Positions 35,868 through 46,886 of a stretch of DNA of 64,000 bases are shown one piece after another. This DNA is from Klebsormidium nitens. Lineage: Eukaryota; Plantae; Klebsormidiophyceae. The stretch's first letter is position 1. Every line of letters begins with the position of its first letter. Both the position numbers and the translations under genes were made by a program. The DNA lies in contig DF237259.1 of assembly GCA_000708835.1 (NCBI GenBank), forward strand, positions 41,873-105,872. Direction: 5' to 3'. The notes beneath the pieces were generated by a model. The model saw nothing but the letters and a program-made list of their open reading frames with translations. It ran no database searches and was not told the DNA's origin.

Positions 35868-38800
35868 CTAGACCTCGTCGCCTTGCCTGTCCAAAAGCGC
35901 TTCTTTCACAGCCTCCGCGATTTGCGCCGGCTTCCGTTCCAGGTTGACCCCGATCGCCATCCCGTCCCTTATCCGCAGCAGATCCGCCGCGCCCACCGCC
36001 CCTGCTGTGCCTTTGTTGACGACGGACGGCACGCCGAACGCGGCTGCTTCGACGATAGTCATGCCGTATGCGTCATAGACGCACGGGTGGAAGTTAAGTA
36101 GAGTTCTAGAGAAGACCTGCGGGTCAAAGACGTTGGTTGAGCTAACCATGCGCCTTTGGTCACGACGGACGGCACGGCGACAGCCGTCGCTTCTACAATC
36201 GTCATGCCGTATGCGTCGTGTACGCACGGGTGGAAGTTGAGGAGGGTTTGAGCAAACACCTGCGGTTTAAAGCACAGGTTCAGCAAACCGTGTACACTTG
36301 GGGCGACGGACGGCACGGCGAAAGCCGCCGCTTCACGATTGTTATGCCGTATGCGTTGTATATGCATGGATGCAATTTACCGAGGGTGCGGGAAAAGACC
36401 TGGGGGGTTCAAGATACCTGGTTGAGCTAACCAAGTAAGGTCGAGTTAAGTACAGAAGTGAGGTGCACGGGTGGATGTTGAGGAGGGTTTAGGAGGAGAC
36501 CTGGGGGATCCAAATCATTGGTTGAGCTGACCAGGAAATACTGAGCTAACTCTAGAAGGCTTAACGGATGAAGGTTTACGAGAGTTCGGGAGAAGACCTG
36601 GCGGATTAAACGTGTCGACCTAACAAAGCGTTGTGTGATTCGTAACGCTGCAGGTACAAGCACTGGAAAGCAAGCCCGATCTGTGACCTCCAGCAAGACC
36701 TCCTTGCCCTCCATATTTGACTTACGAAAATAGCACACTGCCTGAAAGCCTCCGTAAACAACCTGCAAAAATGAGACTTTTCAAGCGCAAGTGAACCCAC
36801 CGAAAAGAGAGAAGAAGAAAGACTTACCTCGGCCAAGCCCTCGGGTGGCAAGAAGCCGTCTTTTAGCACGACACCTGGCGCCGCCTTGCTCACCCGCTCC
36901 TTCACGGCTTGCGCGTAAGACCCCTCCTCGGCTTTGGCGGCGCCTCCGCACAGAAGCGGCTGAATGCCGACCGTCTCGAGCCATGGAGCAAGCTCTTCAA
37001 GCACAGCAGCAAACAGCATCTGCAGGGTTAAGGGGAACCAGGTTTGCTCAAGGCTGTTCGGAATACGTACAGGGTAGACAGCAGGGAAAAATCCGGGTTA
37101 ACAGCACTCTGTGGCTAAAGGAGAGCGATGAGATACAGACAAGCTCGAGCCACACGGAGCAATCTCCTCAAGCACAGCAAACGGTTTCTGTAACCTGAGG
37201 CACAGAGGTTTCAGTCGGGTCGAGGCGAATCACTGTAGCTTTGAAAGGTAGCTTCTGTAGCTTTAGTAAAAGGTTTACGAAATGGGTTGGGAGAGCTGAG
37301 GGGGTTAAAGACGACGGTCCAATACCGACTATTACGAGTCATGGTGCGAGTTCGTCGACCACAGGGGCCATGGAATCTTGCGATGTTAGAAAGGATTGCA
37401 ACGCAAGAACGGACACAACATCTGATACGAAGCTGGGATTCGATAAGGGAGGGTAAGGAAGATGAATAAGAACGGCTTGGTGCCGGTCGGCTCGTGTTTT
37501 GTATGGCGGATGAGCAAAGCACCTGGATTGAAAGATGATTGAAATTTCAAAAGAGAAACAGGTATTATTTGGATGAACTAGGTTAAAAAGAGCATCCAAA
37601 AGCCGGCAACGTCGAGCACAGCCGCAACGAGCATCTGTGCGTGGCTCGGGTAGGAGCGGGTGGAAACACTGCGACGGCAGGTAAGAAGAAGATATCCTTG
37701 AACATCGCAAGAGCTAGTGTATCAGAGAGGTGGTGACTGTTCTAGATTGAGTTCGGCAAGTTGGAAGCTTCGTTATGGTTCTCTCCCTCAAGATTTTCCT
37801 ACTCCCAGCCCTGATCATTTTCCCAGCTTAGATCCAAGCAAGAACAACTCAATTAAAAAGGCGGGACCGAGTTGGTTAGCGCTACAGGAGACCAATCCAA
37901 TGCAAGCTTGGATACAAGCGGCGAAAGCGCAATGGCCCTGCGAACATGAACCAAGCAAGCACGGCGGATCTTGCAAGACTAACAGCCACGTAAGAACAAA
38001 CGCATCTCACCGCATTCTTTTCCTCCGACAGTCTCACGCAACACGTAAAGTACAAACGCCCTTTCTCCCATCCTTGATTGCTCCCCCCTTTATCTTTGGA
38101 CAGTGCTATCTGGCGGATATCCTCCCTTAGAGGTGGCAGCAGCGCCTTCGGAACAACCTCTTTGCGGCGCGCGTCGCCTAGATCGACTTCTAGATACCTG
38201 GGACGAAACGGGCGGTGCATCAGTGAGAACGTTTGTTTGTTTGCAGAGACAACAACGAAACCAACTAGTTGTACTATCGATTTCAGATTCAAAAATGTAA
38301 TGCTCAAACTATTTTCCTTTTGGTTCTCTCTGCACCTCAAACACACTGCAACCTGTTGATATACAGCATCTATTGTACCAAAAGCTGGCCTGTATGCTTG
38401 ACCAGCATTTGGTCCTCACCCCAGCAATGATTTACCGAGTATGAACTGGCAAATCAGTTTCACACACCCTTTACTCATAGAGAGAACGACGTTTCAGCAA
38501 TCTTGGTGGCATCTGATATCACACACCAATTTGAGTGCGCACAACTGAGATGAGAGACTTGAAGGTTAGCGTGCCAGATAAAGAGGAGAATAGGCCTTCC
38601 GCAACAGACACCTTATCAATTTCAAACCGGTACTGTATGTTCCCAGCTTGTTCCTGCCAGCGGACTGCCACACCTTTCCTTAATCAGAGATGAAGGGTAC
38701 AACAACTCTCACAAAAAAGGCTGGCTGTCCATGACAATTCTTAATTCACAGGCTCATGGCTCGCTAAGAACTTTTAAACCCAGGAAGGTAACCGAGCATG

Positions 38801-39604
38801 TAAGCTTTGAAGTCCAAGTGAAGAAAGGTTCATTCACCTTGCATCAGCTGTGCTCAACGCCGTGATCGCTGATGCCATCCCAACCGCCGAAGACTCCGCC
38901 ATCCGGTAGAACTCCTGATCTGCCTCCCGGTCCTCATCGTCCCGCCTCTTATATTCCGTCACAGCATATATCCTATAGTTCAAATAGGCCAGTGGGGGCT
39001 TATTCACACCCCCCTCACCCCAGCAGTCTGCATTTACAAGGCGCTTGTAGGTGCCGATCGCGGACCAGTCAACAACAAGGGCCCAATGAGGGGCGAATGA
39101 CACAACCTGCGTACAAATTGCCGGGGTGATCCCCTCGGAAAACTCGCGCCAGCCGGACTTGCGGTCCAATCGCCCCCATACGGGAACAGGGATCTCTATC
39201 AGAGCGTATTCGTCTGAGGTTTTGCTGGTTGAGGGGGACGCTTCTGGTGCTGCGCTGATGACAAACACCCGGTGCCCCAGTCTAGTTAGCGACCGCACCT
39301 GGGACTGCGCGTAGATGCCGTTCCCTGAGAACGTCCCCGCTTTGTATTCTAGGGTTAGGAAGACCAGACGGAGGGGGCCAGCTGCAGTTGCCATGTCTGT
39401 GCTCTTACTTGCTGGCAGGATTGGTAGCAAAAGAAACCAAAGGAGAGCAAATGCTGCTGTGAGAAGTAGGAAGGCTTTGAGCGTACGGCGCCAATCGGCG
39501 CGCCAATTGCGGCGGAGGAACTTGTGCGCCGATCGGAGCAGCAACACCATCTGAGTGTAGAAAGGCCCGCGCTTCCGTCCCCTTTTTGCATAAGATGTGT
39601 GCAT
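35868..39604 (-). CDS. GT-B fold glycosyltransferase (GT4/Glycos_transf_1-like) with N-terminal TM anchor
   Basis: Exons 38838-39604, 38011-38197, 36828-37019, and one starting at 36116. Motifs FSGNGIYAQSQVRSL, LYFTCCVRLSEEKNA, NFHPCVYDAYGMTIVEAAAFGVPSVV (E-x7 donor-binding region). 3' end uncertain; a further exon near 35420-35570 is possible. Confidence 0.85.
36050..36620 (-). repeat. Five tandem copies of acceptor plus exon 5' end (cag|VFSRTLLNFHP…)
   Basis: Exon-start positions 36597, 36500, 36399, 36259 and 36116 (intact). Similarity to the intact exon increases toward it. Confidence 0.9.
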
Positions 39605-40076
39605 AGCCTGGCAGACCTCTTCGCTCAGTTCTGAGGCGTTGAACACTTTTGAAAGCACAATTGACCTGAATCAGAGCGCTCCTTGCAACTAGCCGAATCC
39701 AATCAGCTGAACTCCATCAGGGTTCATTCACGCTCTTATGACCTCCTCGGAGGAAGCAAAAGACAGCATGCGTCACCTTCTCTTGGTCACCGTATGGTGT
39801 GCGTGCAGTAGATCGCCCCTGAGAGGTCTGGGTCGGACAGTCTGGGACAGAGATCCATTTTGGATTCATTTTCAATGGCCTTTTCAGTTGGGTTTTGAGG
39901 GACCCCCCAACTTTCACTGCGCCACGTCAGCTTAACAGGAGGACCAAGCACCGTCGATTGCTAAAAAGACCCCAATCGAAGGGCTGCGTGGCAGTAAATT
40001 GCAGTAGATTGAGAAACAAATCCCCTCTAGTTCTGCCCAATCCAGCTGGCAGGCCGTCTGCGAGGTGGCGCCCTTT

Positions 40077-42162
40077 ATGCCACTTTTCAGTTTTGCATGT
40101 CTGCATGGGCGCGCCGCCGGCTTCATGGCTTCCGCTGTGCTATCCACGCAGCCCTGTGCTTCAATCTGGCCAGCACTGGCAGCAGAGGGGGGAACAAGTG
40201 AAAACCTGCTCAACAGAGAGCATGCAGGCTGCAAGATAGGGATGGACTTTGTGTCGAAGAAAAAGATATGGAACCAGGAAAGCCAGTGCAGCTTCAGGAA
40301 TCTGAGGAGAGGAGTCTGGTGAGTTGCAAGTCTACCAACCGGCTTGTCTGAAGGGGCTTCATCAAGTGCAATTGCTAGCAGATTACGTAGGCTGGGGACT
40401 CGCGAATTCGAAAGATTGTTCTCAGCTGTTATGGGCTCGTAGAAAGTCAGGTTCATGAACAGGAGATGTACCGTAGCCTGCGAGTTGCTCTAAGGGGAAG
40501 TGTGTCAAAGTTGTGTGCAGTAAGCAGGTGCGCGAAGCAACCGACTGCTTCCGCTGCTCTCTGCATCCAGGAGAGGCGACGATACTGAGTACTGCTTATC
40601 CAGTCGCAAGTGCTAGTTACAAGTTTCTGATTATGAAGTCTTCTGAGCTTCTTATTGTTGGAAAGACTTGTGGCTGGTAATGCACCTTGACCTCCCATCT
40701 CTGAACAGGATTTCTTCCATTTGCAGGTTCACCACTTGTCCAACTGTTTGCTCCCACTTGCAAAGCCCTTTCACATCTACCACTCCGCTTGCACCAGCCT
40801 CTGGATTGAGTCAAAGGTGGCACGGCTTTGCAAAACATCCCATCCAGATTATGCACCCAGATTCGGTCGCCCGGTTCTACACAGCTCCTAGGGCAAAGAG
40901 TGTAGGGGTGCTGTCTCAGGCTGCCTCGCTTCTCAGTCTATCCACAAACAGCATGTCCCCAGAGGCGAGAAAGCTTGAAGAGGCGGCTGAGGCAACGCCG
41001 CTCTCGCCCGACTTGCCTCCCATCATATGCTTTCCAGGTACGTCACTCTTTGTTTGGTTTCTTTCTTTCCAGTACTTTAACAATGTGTATTTGAACTCAA
41101 GCCATGTTTGTGATATGTTGATTTGGCAGATGCCAGCAACTTCATGCTGCTGAGCAAAAGCCAAGGAAGGAGTAAAACCGCAATTGCCTCGAGGGTATTC
41201 TTTCAAGTTTCCCTACTACTAGCACTTCTTGGCAGTGCTGTTCTTAAAGAACGCAGCTTTGCTTGTCCCTTGTCCGTCTATCCCACTACCTACACAAACC
41301 TAGGAAGTGTTTAAAACGACGGTTAATCAGGGGAGCTGTAGGTAAAAATCAAAGCTCCAAAGTGGCCACATGTGGCAGCCTCCTGAGGATCGACAAGTGG
41401 ATCTTAGTCTAAGTCTTGCTTCCTTATTCAGGAGGCGGCATGTTCTTCTACTGGATGATTGGCGTTGTGAACATCCTCCAAGACGAGATTGACATGACCA
41501 CAGCGCACATGTCAGGGGCGAGCGCCGGCGCGCTTGCGTCTGTCCTAGCAGCTTGCGGAGTAGACATGCGGCGTGCGGCCGAACATGCTTTCCAACTTTC
41601 AATAGATGAGAAGCTTTGGGATCGGAAGCTCAAGCTAGCATTGGTTTGGGGGAGGCTGATACGGCAGTGGTTGTGGGACTTGCTTCCCGATAATGCGGCT
41701 GAGCTTTGCAATGGGAGGATCCATTTGTTTGTGCTCGAGTTGCCAGGGCTGCGGACGGGGCTTCATTGTAAGAGGGTCCCAGTCACGGACTTCAAAGACA
41801 AAGCGGATTTGATAGATTGCGCGCTAGCCTCGGTCCACATTCCAATCTTCATAAACGGCCACATTTGGACTGAGTACAGGGGCTCCCGTTGTGTAGACGG
41901 GTCGATCAATGCAGACCGGCTTGCGCTGAACATAGATCCTAGGAGGCATACATTGTACGTGGATCCCTACGAGGATCCGGAAATGAAGGAAAGAGGTAAC
42001 CGGTTTCTCGAGTTGTACGGGGACAACCCCGGGCCTGAAGGTACTTGGGAGTGGATTAACCACATGATGCAGCGAGGGGAGGAGCACGCGAGACGGATAA
42101 GCAGTGCTGGTCAATTGGAGCCTTGGACACATAGTTCATTGAAGATGGAAGCGGGGGGCTAA
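40077..42162 (+). CDS. Patatin-like phospholipase
   Basis: Exons 40077-40318, 40727-41037, 41432-42162 splice in frame. Oxyanion motif FPGGGMFFYW, nucleophile GASAG (GxSxG), ASVHIP and catalytic Asp in CVDGS. Long N-terminal extension, possibly targeting. Confidence 0.9.
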
Positions 42163-43790
42163 AGCCACTTGATGACTAATCTCGGTCGTTTAAGGTCCCC
42201 TGCTGCAGACATACATTAATAGAAGCCCTTGGTGACTGTTGCATGTCGAACTTCGAAGCACATGGGAGACTTGTTTATTGTACAACATTAGATTGGGTTG
42301 TTATCATTGTAGCTTGATTTGTTACAGAACGGTTGAAGGAACGCGTATTATGAGGCAACGATATCTTTCGATTGTAGCTCTTTAACAAGGGGACTGAAAT
42401 TGTTGCAGGCCCATTTGTCGGGATAGGATGTGTCCATCAGGTAATTACCTATCAAGGCGTTGTAGCATCTTGATTTTTGAATATTGTACTATTGAGATGG
42501 TTGAAAGCTGATCGGTCACGTTGCGTATTCCGACTCTAATTTTCAAAAGATTTGAACGTGATTGATGTGGATTGCTTTTGAGGTTTGTTTAGCGCACATA
42601 TGTTAAGGTGTGCTGACTATTTTGAACTAAAGCATATTGTATGCGAGCGAATATCCATGAGCCTGCACCTGTATGACATGAGCATGGCCATGCACAGCAG
42701 GATTCCATTGCTATATAATTGACGGCTGATACACTATACGTGGCATAGTACCCAGAAATCAGATCTTGGATGCAGACACGGATGCATACCATTCTTTCTG
42801 GCATTATGCACCGTGCATGATTCATATGTATACGCTGCGTTTGCATATCCAACATGACCGTCCGACTTGTTCACCTGGATATGTTGGAATTGCAGATCGT
42901 AGGGAAGACACCTGTGACATGCGGCCCAAAACTGCGATCGGGATCACAACAAAACTCGTTACCCCTTTCAGTCGCCTCACTCGATCTCATGTTAATCACA
43001 GCCTTATGGAGAGATGCAAGAAACTCCCCGTGTATGAACTTTGATCCGACCGAAAACTTCGCCCCTAAAGGTTGACCCTATTGAAGCCGACTTCTCGACT
43101 TGAACGTTTTCCAGGTATGCGTAGCCCGCCTATGGCCGCACTGGCAGAGACTTTGCAAAACGAGACTATAAATAAAGACTGAAACGTACGTTAGATTACA
43201 GACTTTCTTAACCCTACAACGGTCGGATCGACGTGATCGGACCATACCTGCATGCTTGACCGTCGTCCAATAAATGAAGTCTACAACGATTATGGCGGAG
43301 CTTGCCATGCTCAATGCATTTGCTTAGACAGCCTGCAACTATAGACGCTACTAAGAAAATATCCAAGGAGCCGTTTGCTGCCAGCTCACTTTCTCCAGCT
43401 CATCAGCGTATCGCGCGTTATTTTTTAGCCGCCCGACGTCCATCATCATCCCCAACACGACCTATATGTACGCCCCTCAAAACTTAGTTAGTCCTGACCA
43501 ATCGTGGTTAGTCATACTTATCCCGGGTGCTCTGCGAAAGTAATCGCTCTATCAACTCCTCCGTTTTCAAACTCGAAGGCCCCGTCGCGTCCTCACCGCA
43601 ATCAAACTTTCCGATCTCCAGCAGTCGTCCAGAATGAGCCGTTTGTCCCCACCAAAAACAAATGAAGGTGCCACTTTGTTAGATCCAGAACCGACCTTGA
43701 AAACAAATGGATTAGCCCACAACACGAGTCTTTGGGTGCTCCGTCACAGAGTTTTAGCCCTGGTCTTAGCTCCAAAAGTGATTGAAATCC

Positions 43791-46446
43791 TCAACCCCGC
43801 CCGGTAGATTGCCCCGGGGGCAACAGCCCCTCCCGCGAACTCTCCACCTTGTCCCAGTGCCTTTCTACCGACCGCCTGACCTCCCCACTGTCATAATCCC
43901 GGCTCACGTAAACCTCGCCCGCCGGGGTTCGCTTAACCCCGTCCAAATGATCCCGTAACTCGCCGTTACCCCGTACTGAGATTTTTTCAAACTCTTCGAT
44001 TTCGTGCACTTCACCGGATGGTGGGCGGGGGGGTCGGCCCGGGGAGAACCGCCGGGGGGGGCCCCGCCCGCCCAGCCTTTCGGGGGTGTAACTCCCCCCC
44101 CTCCCGCGAGAATTGACGGGCCCCCTGTCGGGCGTGCGATTGCCGGCCCGCCGGGGGGTGCTGAAACGGCCCCGTTCGAACTCGTAACGGTCCGCGGTGT
44201 TAACCGGCTCCTTGGCGGCGTAGATACGCTCCTGAGCTGGCTCCGGGGCAGTGTTAATTGGCTCCTGGGGGTGAAAGACTGGCTTACGGGTATTGTGGAT
44301 TATTTGCTCGACGGGGTAAGTGCGCCCCTCGCGAGAGTTACTCGGTCCTAGCGGAGAGTAAATCGGCCCTTCGGGAGTGTAAATCGGCCCCCGGCTGTAG
44401 CTGTCGGTGGCCGCGAGCGCTCCAACGTCGAAGCCGGGATGGACGTACTGGCTCTCCAGATCGCTGCTGTCATAGTCACGGCTGACGTAAACCTGCGAAG
44501 GATAACCAGGGTTTAGCGGCTCAGTGATTTGACGACGAAGGATTGTGATGTTGAAAACACCCCAAGCGAGCAGCAAGGCCGACGGCAGTGTTGGGAGTTT
44601 CCGAATTCGTGATATTGCGAAGATATACGAGGGTTTTAAAGGGTTGAGCTGAGAAGTGTCGTTCAAATGCTCGAGGATCAGGTATGTTGCAACCGCTCAA
44701 GCAAGCCGGACATTCGACCCTCGGTAGGTTCCTTTCTGCCTCACAGAGTCGTAAACAACTCTCAAAAGACTGCAGTTTGAAGTATCCAATGCACAAAACA
44801 CTCCCAAGAAATCTCTCGTATCAAACTCCTCAGTATCTTTGCTTCCAACAAAATGCACAATTGTTCCGAGTACAAACAAACAGTTTGAAGTGGGACCTTT
44901 CCGCCCTGCCCAGGCGAAGAAGCTAAGGTGGGCAGTTTTAAACAGATTTCTCGCAGCAGAAAAGGCGAAGACGGCGCATTCACACCTGGCCAGAAGGCGT
45001 CGATTTCCACCCGTCGTGCACCAGCGCCTTGCTGCGCTCCTCTGCCTCGGAGTCCTCCCCCGGTTGCTCTCTTCCACCCGGTGAGAAATTCTCAGAGCCG
45101 TTCCCTGAGGGCTGACGGCTGAGGGCGTCGTAGAAGTCGGTTCCCCGGGGGGATCCCCCGGGCTCCGAGCGCCCCTCGGACGCATCTCCAGTTGACACCT
45201 GGCGGGAAGAGAAGAGGCTTTCAGCGACTGGAGGGTGGAAAGAGCGAATACCTTTCGATTCCGGGATGCTCCGGGGCGTGCCAGCTGCTTGCACATGGAC
45301 TTGTATATCCCCTTCGATGCATTCTGTTTGAGCTTGCAATTAGCCATCCAGAGAAAGTGACTGGTTAATCAACATGAGTTAGAGGCCAGTGCAAACTGGC
45401 TTATCTCTCAGGAGACATGACGTGCCATTCGCGAAACGCGCAAAGGCCGGCTATACGGTTGGAATCTTGAAAATGACCGAGAATGGTCTACCGGTCAGAT
45501 GACTGACAACATATTCTGGCCGTCTGGTCTCCCAGTTGCATTGACGGGTCTCGAGCTTTCGCTCCAAAAAATCATTGAGAGGAAGAATTCACGCCATTCC
45601 GATCGGTTACAGCGGTTGACCGATCGTCGCATTAGATTCGTGAGCCACGATGTCACATCAGTTGCTTCAGGATAATCGGTCAGCTTGCAAACGCGACACA
45701 GATAGTTGACACTCAAGCGCAGCATGGGAAAAAGCGGGATCCTCCTAAATGTTTCTCGAGCGTTGCGGACTGCTTTGAAGATGCGTGAGCGTCCGGCATT
45801 GAGAAACGGTACTCACGTGATCCTCGTTCTCCCCCGCGGGAGGGGCTGATTCTCGATTGGCCGAATCGGGCCTGCCCTTGATGGAGCCCTGCAAATAGCC
45901 GGGGGAAAAGGTTGAGACACCTTCTCTGCAGAACGCGCAGACATGATAACTAGAACGAGCCACATCCGAACATTTACGAGCCACAGCTTCGTCATGGTTA
46001 AACCCAGTATGAGTCCCAAAAACCTCACTTTTGATCTCTTTTCCGTTTTCCGTTAAACCTTTCCGGGATCCGGTGTCCGTTTCGACGGCTCACCGGATAA
46101 CGGGCCTCCACCGCGTGCTGGAACTCTTGCGACGTGAACTCGCGGCTCTCAAAGTGCTCCTGCGATCCCAGCACGTATCAAGGGTCAGGGTTAAGATTCA
46201 ACCAAACACACCACTTGAGTCACAGCAACTGTATCTTGCAAGATGATATTCAGAGAAATCGAAACATAGGTAGTGCAGCGGAGCAGAGTCAGCTTCTAAA
46301 GCCCCTTCAAACGCGGAGATGGGAAAGCAAAGCTGAGCATTGATTGCAATGGTCGCGGATGCTGCCACGTGGCGCTCTATCGTCGCGCAATTGCTCACCG
46401 AATTGACTTGCTGCGGGTCCTGCTTGCGGACTTCGGCCTCGGCCAT
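43791..46446 (-). CDS. Orphan disordered Pro/Gly/Arg/Glu-rich protein with duplicated 21-aa motif
   Basis: Phase-0 exon chain 46399-46446, ~46090-46155, ~45817-45888, (possibly ~45250-45321), ~44989-45200, 43791-~44493. Motif HDGWKSTPSGQVYVSRDYDS / HLDGVKRTPAGEVYVSRDYDS. Confidence 0.6.
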
Positions 46447-46886
46447 GTGGGCGAGGAACAGCTGCGGGGCGGAAAACGGAACCGGATCAGATGGGCGGAA
46501 TCAGCACGCGATGCAAGGAGAATGCGAGATCAAATGCAATTTGAGGAGCAGCACATGGATCTAGAAAGCAAGCACGCGACCCACATGTTTGTTTCCGGGA
46601 GAGAAGGCCAAGCAGGGTAAAGATGTATACTGGTCCAGTAGTCTAAAAAAGACCAAGGTTTTGGACAAGAAAGACTTGATCTTCAGCAAGACGACCGCCT
46701 TGGCTTTAAAACCAACAGGACCGCATATCCTGTGTGCTCCTTGGATCGACTAACACCTCAGCAGGACCCGAATTTTACGCCCACCAAGACTGTACGAGTT
46801 TACAGACCCCAAAAGCCTATTCTCCAACCCCACGACCCTTTTCTCCAAACCCCAAAACCTGAATCTCAAAACCCCAAAACCCTATT

